Made by a program: the position numbers and the translations under genes | NCBI GenBank assembly: GCA_051362555.1 | Contig: CM120640.1 | Location: forward strand, 27,118,503 to 27,182,502 | DNA: 64,000 bases | Origin: Lingula anatina | Taxonomy: Eukaryota; Animalia; Brachiopoda | Direction of reading: 5' to 3' | Shown here: piece by piece, positions 41,101 through 64,000 of the stretch | Layout: every line of letters starts with the position of its first letter | Numbering within the stretch: position 1 is the first letter of the stretch | Notes under the pieces: model-generated | The model's input: only the letters and a program-made list of their open reading frames with translations | Database searches by the model: none | Told to the model about the DNA's origin: nothing

Positions 41101-43851
41101 CCAATTGACTTGTCATAAAAATTAATGCCCATTTTTATTGAACAGCATATTTCCAAGAGAAAAGAGTGCACTTGCTCCCTGACAACTTTTCTGTCCTCAT
41201 TTTCATCCTCCTCTATTTCTATCTGGAATGTTAAATAAAATGGTGAAAAAAGAGAGAAAGAATTTTCTTAAAAGCCTTACTTTTGGTTGTATGGCCCCAT
41301 TAAATGTATAATTTATAATGGCAATGACACATAAAGTCAATTAGACTTTTAAACAAAAGAACATTCTATGTTTCTAACCTCTTGCTCCATGGCATCTTCT
41401 TGTGAAGCTTTCCATTTTGTCGGTCCTTTCCATTTGTACAGCTGAAGCAGCTGCTTCAAAATATTGTCATTGAACAGACGGATCTTTGCAGTTTTGCTGA
41501 TATAAGGGTTAAGAACAACCTAAATTGTAGAAAATAGCCATAAGGCATCATGCAATCAGGACAAAATGAATAAAAAATTAAAAGAAGCAAAAAAAAACTA
41601 TTGAAATATTAAGTTTTGGTCAGTTATATATCAGTAAAGTTGTTATCTTTTCTAAACTTCAATACTAATCACTAATATGAAATATTTGATTAAATCAAAA
41701 TATGATTTGAGATGTATGTTTCATAAACTACATCGTTACCTTTTCTTGTAATGTTCCAAGTATTAACTGCACTGTGGACAGTCTGTCATTAACCATGCCA
41801 AAAAATATGCTATTGAGAAATCCTTAAACGCAAAAATAAACAAAGAAAACAGTCTAAAATTAAATTACAATGCATAGCATTTAAATGTTACCAAAATTCA
41901 ATGAGGTGTTAGAAAGAAGTAATACCTGGCCATTGGGCATTTTACATATATAAATAAATAAACTTTTTAAAAATTACATTCAAATACACAAAGGGGTTTT
42001 AATGCCTGCTAATGATCCGAATTAAAGGTGTTTTTTGCTTACCTTTCTGCTCAACTAACTGACGAACCACACTGCTGTCTCCACTATTCAAAAATGACAT
42101 AATGAACTGTAGCAGACAGGTGCGAATATCTTGAGGGTCCTTGAAAAAGTTATTGATGCATATAATCATCTTATTGCAAAAATACTTAACATTACAATTC
42201 AAATGTACAATGTTCTTTGTCACATACCAAATATAATTCAGAGTTATTATATATTTAATAGCATAAAAATTATGAAATTTAAACAAACTTAACAAGAATA
42301 TGCAAAAAAAAAGGTACATACATACAAAAATACATAAATAAATAAAGACAGCTTAATATCTTACAACAACATATTACATACCTGAATATTTCTTCTGAGT
42401 AACAGTGCAGGTAGAGCTTGGTGTGTAAAATCAAATTGTGCCTGAACATCTCTTGCTGTACTGTCACTTAGCATAACCATTGAAGTGAGTAACTTCAAGC
42501 TGGCCTTTATGTGACTAGCCTTGTTGCTGGGCCATAACATACTAAAGATGGCACCCATATGACCTGCCAGAAGCCGTCTCACTAAACTATGGCCAACAGT
42601 TTTCAAGTTACTGAGGTCATCTCCAAATCTTAGAAGCATACATTCTAAGGTTTCGAATATCAAGGCATACTGGAAATCAAAAGTTATGGTTATTCATGTA
42701 TCTAACTAATGCAGTCACTATAGCTTTGTAGACAAATTTATCAGTATAATATGAAGAACAAACTATAATCATATATCCATTTTGATTCTTTACAAAACTG
42801 AAAGAGCAAAATAATCCCAAGACAGTTAATATTGTGTAAGCTAACTACAAATGATACAACTTACTTCCTGTGGTTTTCTTTTCCCTGCCTCCAATATCTG
42901 AAATATTTCTTGACATTCTGGTGATGATCGGCAGTAATTTGCAGCTATATCTTCACTGCATACACCTTCCAGATATCCTTTAGCTTGCTGTATGAACTTT
43001 TCAAGAGCTAAAAAAATATTATGTTCTTTTTTTAATTAGGTCTTTTTGTCAAACTGCATGTTTTTCAGAGATAAGATAATCATTTTTCCTGACAAATAGC
43101 TCATAATGTGCCCAAAGAGGGCCCTGGGGTAGAAAAAACATAAAGTAAGTCTGCTGATATCATGTATGATCAGCTACAATTCAACATAGATAAATTTGAG
43201 CACTAAAAGCTTACTAAAAGAAGATATTCAAATTAAGACTAACAAAAAACTACTTTTCTGTCTATAACACTTTTGTTCTTACTTTCTGCACTTACTGAAC
43301 ATCAAAAAGTCAGAGCATACCATAAAATACCATGTAAAAGTTCAGCAAATTTGCAATTTAATATAGAAAAAGCATGAAAATTGAAGAATGGGAAGTATAG
43401 TTAATTTGATGCGCAATATTTTATGATCTGTACTGAGGCCATCCCAGCCAAGGTCACCGTTTTGGTTCGGTTTGCATTACCTTTCAGAAGACATAAATAT
43501 GAAATTTTTCTGATCAGTTTGAATTTTCTTCTGATATGCCTATCTACTATGCTGGCAATTCGATAAATTCGGTAAAAAAAAAAAAAAAGATTTTGTGATC
43601 GGGTTTTTGTACTATGGAACACTAGTGTCGTATCTTTAAATCGATTTCTGGTGTTTTTTGGGTTATTAATCGATCAAGTTGACAGCCGAACGTTGGATTA
43701 TTAATTAAATATTACCGATGAAAATCGTGGTTGCATCTCGCAGCTCGAGTTTAAAGTTCAAATGTGTGTAATTTTCATTTTCTGTCGGGATTTGCTCTTT
43801 TCGCCGTTTTTCAACATTTTCCTGTGACGGATTCTCTCCTTTACGCTTCAT
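19225..43851 (-). CDS. URB1: Nucleolar pre-ribosomal-associated protein 1 (URB1/NPA1)
   Basis: More than 30 GT-AG exons from MKRKGENPSQENVEKRRKE to stop at 19225. Npa1 N-domain DIRTCLLQFIMSFL. C-terminal NopRA1 region LLGAYSATL, YDPAFLLP, LDILNVPEFYKLFNSS, YKVERAWILQLLADGL. Confidence 0.92.
23049..23102. repeat. (TA)n microsatellite
   Basis: Direct reading. Confidence 0.95.
25269..26533 (+). CDS. Nested gene A: small single-pass membrane protein with tyrosine-motif-rich tail (~251 aa), antisense in URB1 intron
   Basis: Exons 25269-25350 (least certain), 25459-25557, 25725-25797, 26032-26533 with GT-AG and compatible phases. Short Thr-rich ectodomain, TM GGLIGSLALIALLVGLLLGY followed by RKW, tail with NYEVV, NPTY, SLYCSI, YVDP, DYAEVV*. 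Confidence 0.7.
26887..27096. mobile_element. 210-bp TTAA-flanked MITE (Kolobok-like)
   Basis: Perfect 16-bp TIR agggataataactctt / aagagttattatccct between TTAA at 26883-26886 and 27097-27100. Confidence 0.8.
28043..31274 (+). CDS. Nested gene B: type I mucin-like membrane protein with tyrosine-motif-rich tail (~603 aa), antisense in URB1 intron
   Basis: Exons 28043-28124 (signal-peptide-like MSVLINSLLIITSCLNA), 29257-30022 (Thr/Ser/Pro mucin plus TM), 30311-31274. Total 1812 nt, in frame, canonical splice sites. Tail has SVYEIT, SVYEIL, VYENI, IYENV, DYTHL, STYTTL. Confidence 0.85.
28411..29060. mobile_element. TTAA-flanked non-autonomous DNA transposon (Kolobok-like MITE), copy 2
   Basis: TTAA at 28407-28410 and 29061-29064. 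TIR gggtattgtaagcctt / aaggctaacaatatca. Homologous to 1753-2301; lies in intron 1 of nested gene B. Confidence 0.8.
29574..29940 (+). repeat. Coding minisatellite, 27-bp unit (TTTPS[T/I]TTP)
   Basis: Repeated accactacccc[t/c]tcta[c/t]cactacacca, about 13-14 units with some shorter variants. Confidence 0.92.
35057..36723 (+). mobile_element. Helentron/HINE-like non-autonomous elements with internal tandem repeats (probably two adjacent)
   Basis: 5' aactagag start. About four ~140-bp units carrying aggtcaaaggtcaattt (35430-35960). A GACG/CGGA-rich tract near 36645-36680. 3' stem-loop agtaccgccagcgt-ac-acgctggtggtact at ~36690-36719. Confidence 0.65.
39725..40670 (+). mobile_element. Helentron/HINE-like element with ~160-bp tandem repeats and 3' hairpin (5' boundary approximate)
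   Basis: Three ~160-bp units starting near 40121, 40281 and 40442. GACG-type tract at 40590-40625. Perfect 14-bp hairpin tatgtacagacaca-tc-tgtgtctgtacata at 40638-40667, followed by A's. Confidence 0.65.
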
Positions 43852-44276
43852 AATGACCAGCAGAATTCCCGACTGCTGGGAAAACTTAGTCCAAACTCAG
43901 TGGTAGACGGTCAACACGAGTAGTTTCATGGGCGCAGACATATTGTAAATAAAAGGAGCATTGTGGGAAGAGTGAATATGAAGCCAAATATTTTGAAGTG
44001 AAATAACTGTTCATTCCAGGCCAAATTTCGAGTAGAAGAAGTCATTAGATATTTCTTGGCTATTCACTTTTATTAACAATGATTTATTATAAAAAATTAA
44101 AATACTCATATATCGATGAGGTCAGCATTCGGTCTCCTTTTTCTCTGACGTCATTCACGTAAATATTACTCACAAGCAGAAGGTAAGTGATCATCAGTAA
44201 ATGTTTTGAAATATCTTCGAGAAGACGGAAGACGGTGCTAATATAGACAAGCCGGGATCTAGCTACAATTTCCAAG
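43852..44276. promoter_or_regulatory. Probable bidirectional promoter, URB1 / CHMP1B
   Basis: Divergent ATGs 425 bp apart. CRE palindrome tgacgtca at ~44146. Confidence 0.6.
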
Positions 44277-46649
44277 ATGGATAGTATCCTTTGGTTTCAT
44301 TAAAATACACCTCATTCGAATTTAAACTGCCTAAAAACCAAGTAGGAAGTACAGGTAAACTTGTCAATGTTGTCATCGACGTACATCACAGTATCACAAT
44401 CAGTGTCAATGTTACTTAAAAGTTAGAGAACCCATCTCTCATGTACGTAGAACAACATATAGTTTTGTATTTGATTGACCTTTAGAGAATCTATCATATA
44501 TCTAAAGTAAGATGGCAGCCATCTACACTTTCTTGTCTATCTTGTTAATAAAGAGAATGCTAATTTTCTGTGACCAATACTCCTGGATGTTTGACAGTTG
44601 AACAAGGTATAATTCATCAGCTCATCTACCTGTTATGCCACCATGAAAAAATATGTTCGTTGAAGACTTCCATTTGATGCCTAGAATCGTTTCCCTTAAG
44701 GAAAAAAATAACTCTTGAACAGTCGTGTGGGCCAAGCAATTTCAACAATGTTTTGCACAGTAGTTTGTATCCTGGTGGTGAAAATATCATGCTGTATTAT
44801 TTGACCTTCTTTGCTTATTAAATGCTTGCATGGTTACAAAGGAAAAAATATTGTGTTTTCCTTAACCATCTACAGAACATTTGTTCAATTTAAAATTTGC
44901 TGCCAAAGACCTTGAAAGAAATGCTAAGAAGTGTGAGAAACAAGAAAAAGAAGAAAAAAACAAACTAAAGAAGGTATGCTATATTGTTATCATTTTATTC
45001 AGCTGGCATTGCAGATTTTCAAAAAGTGTCTATGTAATGATTGCTTTGAAAGACTTTTTTACATGTTCCACAAGTGTTTACATGACAAAAAAAGGGTGAG
45101 AGATGTTACATAGGGGGCCAGTAATGTGGGATCCCTTATTACAAAAATTATAGGACATATTATCTCCTATGTGTGATGTACAGACTTTTGAGATAATTTA
45201 AAGTTTTTATTACATATTTTACTTTCAGTACTTGTCAGATATAAACAATCCTATACATAAATCTTCTTCATTTATTCTATGAGATCCATATGGTATTGTT
45301 TTCAGTGCTCCCGTCTTTTTAAATACTTCTGTTTTATCAAACTTTTAGGCCATACAAAAAGGTTTGATAGAGAATGCCAGGATTCATGCAGAAAATTCTA
45401 TTAGGAAGAAGAATGAAGCCATAAACTATAGGAGAATGAGTGCCAGAATAGATGCTGTAGCTGCTAGAGTTCAGACTGCTCTTACAACAAAACAAGTATG
45501 TATAACAGCAATGTTATTAAATTTTTTATTGAAAGAATAAAACTCGAAATGAAATAAAAGATGCAGTGTTAGGATAACACAATAATTCATATTCACTGCT
45601 TGGTAAACTTTCAGTGAAATAATTTTAAAAAATTTATTGAAAAGGGTTTTGCCAGTGAGTGATGTAAGCAGGCACTGTGCTCCACTCCAGTAAATCAATG
45701 CATTTGGTACTAATTGCAAAGTTAAACTGTGACAATCTATTCAATATTTCAGGTAACACAGTCCATGGCAGGAGTTGTGAAGTCAATGGAATCCGCTATG
45801 AAATCTATGAATTTAGAAAAGGTATACTAAAATGTTTCTCTATCAAATTCCTAGATATAATTCTTTGTAAGAGAAATTACAAAAGCACAAACTGAGCTGT
45901 AATATTTATCTATGTATGTCCAATTGTTTATGTTGCAAATTTAATATTTATAGGTATTTAATAATCATATGTTTTCATAAATAGGTTTCACAACTGATGG
46001 ACAGATTTGAAACCCAATTTGAGAATCTTGACGTGCAATCACAAGTGATGGAAGATACGATGTCTGCCTCTTCCACACTAAATGCTCCTCAGGCACAGGT
46101 CGATTCCCTGATGCAGGAAGTGGCTGATGAAGCTGGGTGAGAATATTGCATTTGCTATTTTGTCTGTATAGCTATTAGCACCAGCAGTTATTTTAGATCC
46201 TGTATTGATAAGTAAACCATTTCTTGCAATGCCTAAATAACAATCATCAAAGCCCCCAAAAAAAAGTGCCGAGATCCCTTGCTGTGAAGAAAAGTGTTTG
46301 TGAAAGTGAATAGATTGTTTTGGAGAAATGCAATCCCATTTTTTATTTCAAGAAGCATGTTATAAAGAAGTGAATTGCCTAATTGTTTTTCTTCAGTTTG
46401 GAACTTAATATGGAATTGCCTCAAAGTCAGACAGCCACCATTGGGTCAGCCAGTGCAGCATCATCAGAACAAGTAAGTACTGAAAATGTCATTAATAAGA
46501 ATTTGTTAATAATGCTCAAGTTTTCTGACTTCAGATACAACTTGTATTACACTTCTATTGCACATATCTGTGCACATATGTATTAAACCACCACATCCTC
46601 TTTTCAGGATGAACTGTCACAGCGTCTAGCTAAGTTAAGATCAATGTAA
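44277..46649 (+). CDS. CHMP1B: Charged multivesicular body protein 1 (ESCRT-III, CHMP1B/Did2-like)
   Basis: Spliced product [24 protein letters not shown]...[69 protein letters not shown], ending in a MIM1-type motif. Seven coding exons. Confidence 0.94.
44284..44875 (+). other. U12-type (minor spliceosome) GT-AG intron
   Basis: 5' splice site GTATCCTTT. Branch point TTTTCCTTAAC at 44856-44866, a few nt before tacag. No polypyrimidine tract. Confidence 0.9.
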
Positions 46650-47243
46650 GAAAGCGGTTTTATCCAAATATACAGACTTTACCACCACATCAAAAGATCA
46701 GCTTTTACTCTGAAGTAGCACCTCTGTGGAAGGAATGAAATGAGCAGCAAGCACCCAAAACTTGTATGCTTGACATGTCTGATCTCTGATCCTGTTTTTG
46801 TGGACGGTTGCATTGAAGGATAATTATATACATGTAGAAAAGAATCAGCAAACTTTTTTATTTAGCCCGATTCAATAATTTTTTTTAGAAAAAAAGATTG
46901 AACAGTTGTTTTTAATGTAAATGTTAAATGTATTTCATAGGCATATATTTCAAGGAACATTTAAACTCCACTTAGTAAATGTATATATAAATCTGTATAT
47001 TCATGTCTTTATATTGTACAGAAAATTAAATTTTCAAATGATATGAATAAATTTTCTTTGTATTTCATTACTGTAAATGACATGCATGCAAAATTGATAA
47101 AGTACAAGTTTATACTTTCTCTCATGATTCTGGACATTAAAAATCAATGTATTATTACAGCGTGGTAAATTTGTACGGTTTGTCTATTTGTTAAGCAGTC
47201 AGTATTAATCTTAATACAACTGTTTTCTTAATATTTGACTAAA

Positions 47244-59871
<12,628 letters not shown>

Positions 59872-60282
59872 TTCGTCTGCTTGGCTCCTGGATAACGTGC
59901 GCCTGTGTGTCGGCTTTTACTGAAAACTGTAATACAGGACCGAAATTCGTACAAGCACAAAAGTGGCTACCTATATTACTTTAGTGTGTCATCAGTCAGT
60001 TAATGATTTGGGATACTTATTATCTTTTATATTATTAAAGTTGTTTCAAAACGCATTTTAAATTTTTATATATTTGTTTGACATGAAATATTTTGAATAA
60101 ATTCAAGTCTCACTTTTACACGCTTATTATAGATGTAGATCTTTAACAGCCTCTTTTTGTTGAAGAGCACTTGCATGAACGTTTAGTTTACCAACAGTCG
60201 GTCGTGTTGTTTCATTAATCTATATATATATGCAACCTCTGTTAAAATAAGGAAGTTGAAAATAAGTTGCCTATTTTTTAAC
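59872..60282. promoter_or_regulatory. Probable bidirectional promoter, ACAT2 / PPIL4
   Basis: Divergent ATGs 411 bp apart. Confidence 0.55.
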
Positions 60283-63200
60283 ATGGCTGTTATTCTTGAG
60301 ACCTCAGTAGGGGACCTAACAATTGATCTTTATACTGAAGAAAGACCTAGAAGTAAGTATATACTATGAAATCAGTTGTTTATTCAGTACAAACTTCAAT
60401 GAACTGCCACTGTTAAATGACGCATTTCTAGCTGGTTTTTGTCAAGATCATTTTGATAATTCTTCTTCAACTATACCCAATTCATAATATCATACAATGT
60501 ATATGCAGGTAGTCTTCACAATACCAAAAGCAAACCTGATCTGTTCTGTGTAAAATTTAAAACAGTGATTGTTAGGGGGATTGTTAGCACTCCTACTGAC
60601 GATTTTCAATGTGTACGCTGTGCTTTAGAATGAATGCAAATGCCTCAAAAAGTGTAAAATGATGACCAGTTTGCACATCCATCTTGATGTGGGAGCACTC
60701 AAATTTTCATCTTGCCTTAATTCCTACATTCCTTTAAAGCTACCCAGATTTTTCATCTACAGAGCCATGAGAGGGGGATGGCTCTGACCAGACTTCTCCT
60801 CATGAGAATTTGTTGTTCATCCCCCCCAAAGGAAACTCTTGAATAATTATGTTGCTATGTTGCTCACATAACTTATAATGCACTCAATTCTGGGCAACAG
60901 GTTGCTTCTTAGTGGGGAAAATAAATGCATCATTATTTGACCATGCAGAATTCTGATTTTGGTTGCTGAATTTCACAGCAGCCTAACTGGTAGCACTTAA
61001 TACTGGTGGATAAGCAAATGGATCTTACCTTACTCACAGTTCTGTTGGTGAGATAACTGGTTGGTTTTACAGGGGTGTTGAGGAGGAGAGAGGTAAGATA
61101 AAAGTTTAACAGCTCCCGCATAATGCCCAAACCAGATGTCATTTAAAGCTCTTTGAGTCTTTTGCATTAGGACACCATATATATCAAAATTGTTGATAGG
61201 AGTGCTAACACATGAATTTTTATGCTACTCCACTTACTTACCATTTTCACCCCTTTTGTATTTACAGGTTGCTTAAATTTCTTGAAGTTATGCAAGATAA
61301 AATACTACAACTTTTCCTTATTCCATTCAATTCAGGTAAGATGTAAGGTTAACTAATTGTCAGCATTTACCTTCTTAACCTTTTAATATAGAGAGTTTTA
61401 ATACCATCACAGCAATTTTTTGGTTGTAATTTTTTATGAATTATAACTCTGTTTTTTAGCTGGAAACAGTATATACGTCATGTATTGCAGGTTTTGCTAA
61501 ACTAGTAGCAACAATTAATAGCCTGTTAACCATTTGTCTCCACAATCCATTTGAAAGGATTGTGGAGACACTTATGTATCATTTATGTATCATTTCTTAA
61601 TCTTTTGAGTGTTGTCTGTAGCATTTGTATATTGAGTTTTATGTATTTACTGAGGATGCTATCTAGAGACAGCAAATGAGATCAAATAATTGCCTGACAG
61701 TGTATCCTACCCAGACTTGAGCAAAACAGTAGAAAAGTAAACTAGAATACTAAAAGTTAATATTATGGATGTATGGTATGAAAATGCATTTTGCATATTA
61801 TTTAGATTGAATGACAAATAAAATTTAGACTGTTGAATGCATTTATTTCCATCTATTGTTAAATAATGATTATCATTTGTTATACTAGAATATTTAGAAA
61901 TTTAATTTTGTTTTCAGAGAAATTTGGTTGCACAGACTGGAGACCCCACTGGGAGTGGGAGGGGAGGGGCTGCCATCTTTGAGTAAGTCATATTAAAGAA
62001 ATTCTTTTCAAATTTATAATTCTCATTTCTAATAAATACAAATTTTAAGATAGAATAACTTTAACTAAGTACTTATTTTTTAAATGATAAAATATGTTGA
62101 AGTAGTGAATATCTGTTTGTATTAAGGAAACTCTATGGAGAACAAGCCAGGTTTTTTGAAAGAGAAGTGAAGCCCATACTCAAGCACAAAAAGATGGGTA
62201 CAGTTTCAATGGTTAACAATGGCAATGACATGCATGGATCTCAGGTAATACAACATTTTTTATTAATTAAAAAATGCACCAATAGTCAGTGAGGCGTATG
62301 TGATTTATGTGATAATTTTGATTAGCTTTTGTGAGTCAGTTAGAAATAAATTTCAATTAAAGCTTAGTAATGTAACTCAAAGAAGAATTACTTCTCTTAG
62401 AATTTATAGATTAGATTGATGATAGCTTTGTTTTAACATTAAAAAATGTCTTTTATTTTATTTTAGTTTTTCATAACAACTGGAGATAATTTAGACTATT
62501 TGGATGGCTTGCATACAGTGTTTGGTGAGGTGTCAGAGGGTTTTGATACCCTCAGTAAGATAAATGAGGCTCACTGTGATCAAGAGAACCGTCCATTCCA
62601 AGATATAAGGTGCACTATTAAGATATTGATTTTTAGTTAGCTTTTTTCTATATGTTTAATTTCGTACAATAAAACATCAGCTTTAGAGTTTTTTGCAGAT
62701 TATTAATTAACAATTATTGACTTTTTTGGCTGATAGCGCATTTTCCTCAGATACATGTTATATCTTGCACTGTAACAATCATTGTTTGTAACATATTTAA
62801 AATAAACGATGCAATGTTAGAAGGTTATAATTGATGACAACTCTGTATGCTTGATAGGATGGCATATAAACAGTTGAGTGCTTACTTTATATCCTATTAT
62901 ATCCTATTTTGATATCTGCAGGATACTGCACACAATAATCCTAGATGACCCTTATCCTGACCCACCAGGGTTGGAAATTCCAGAAAGATCTCCTGAACCA
63001 AGCAGAGAAATGTTGGATGTGAGTTACTCATAGTATCATTTTTTTTTTTTCATTTTTAGAAATGTTTGAGCATATTTATTATTATTATTATTATTATTAT
63101 TAAAACATCAATTTTTAATGTCATTAATATAATTATTTTGCCAGAGTGGTCGCATAGGGTTTGATGAAGAAATAGATGACACCAAAGGGAAATCAATGGC

Positions 63201-63887
63201 AGAGATTGAAGAAATGATGAAAGAGAGAGAAGCTAAAGCAAATGCACAGATCCTAGAAATGGTAAGCTAGGTGTTTTGTACATAATTCCTCTGCTGATTT
63301 ATTTTAATAAGTGGATGAATAAATGGGACAGATAGGTGTGCTGAATCTAGTTATTTGAATGTTTACTTTACTTTTATAATTTCATAAACATTAGATGATA
63401 GCCTTCATGTATGTTACCAGTCATGTGTTAACTTAAATGTTCATCTATTATATTTGATATCATAGGTTGGAGATCTCCCAGATGTAGATGTTAAGCCAGA
63501 AGATAATGTGTTATTTGTTTGTAAACTCAACCCTGTAACAACTGGAGAGGACTTGGAAATTATTTTTTCAAGATTTGGAAACATATTAAGGTAACTTTAT
63601 TTGTATTATAGGAGTTACCATTTGGAAAGCTGCATATTTGTATTTAATATTTATTTAGGATATATTATGCATGCTTTTGTAGTATGTACCAAGGGTAGTT
63701 AAATGAAATAGATGTATTTGAAGTGTTAAACTTTTTTTTTACTGGATAGACCTAGACATGAAATATTCGAGATGTTTATATTAGTTAAAGAGAAAAATAT
63801 ACAAAGATTACTTTTTTTAGTTGTGAAGTCATCAAAGATCAGAAGACAGGTAATTCCTTGCAATATGCATTTATTGAATTTGAAAAG
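60283..63887 (+). CDS. PPIL4: Peptidyl-prolyl isomerase-like 4 (cyclophilin + RRM), truncated by the window end
   Basis: [135 protein letters not shown]. Confidence 0.95.
60582..61210. mobile_element. ~630-bp TIR element in PPIL4 intron 1
   Basis: tgttagcactcctactgacgatttt vs the reverse complement of aaaattgttgataggagtgctaaca (14 bp perfect, ~25 bp imperfect). TSD not identified. Confidence 0.55.
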
Positions 63888-64000
63888 GTAGGTTATTGTA
63901 CACATTTTATTTTAAAAGGCATTTCAAAAGATTTGAGAAAAAGAGTTTTCCTAACTAACTTTTGAAAGTCTCCAACTTAACGAAAGCACCATGTAAAAGT

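Overview
AT-rich, intron-rich eukaryotic (invertebrate animal) genomic DNA with no prokaryotic features. Seven conserved genes alternate strictly in orientation: 3' part of a tandem-domain receptor protein tyrosine phosphatase (+), CWC27 (-), a CXorf65/C22orf15-like gene (+), URB1/NPA1 (-), CHMP1B-like (+), cytosolic thiolase ACAT2 (-) and the 5' part of PPIL4 (+). The two largest introns hold the unusual material. The 6.8-kb URB1 intron (24678-31459) contains two antisense, spliced genes I cannot assign to a family. Both encode single-pass membrane proteins with Thr-rich ectodomains and tails dense in tyrosine motifs (ITIM-like, YEN, NPxY). The 9.45-kb ACAT2 intron is almost filled by a TTAA-flanked Kolobok-like transposon that itself contains two ISL2EU/Harbinger-like elements and two LINE fragments. 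CHMP1B intron 1 is a clear U12-type intron. Exon coordinates were spliced by hand and may be off by a few bases. Family assignments come from motif recognition, not database searches.
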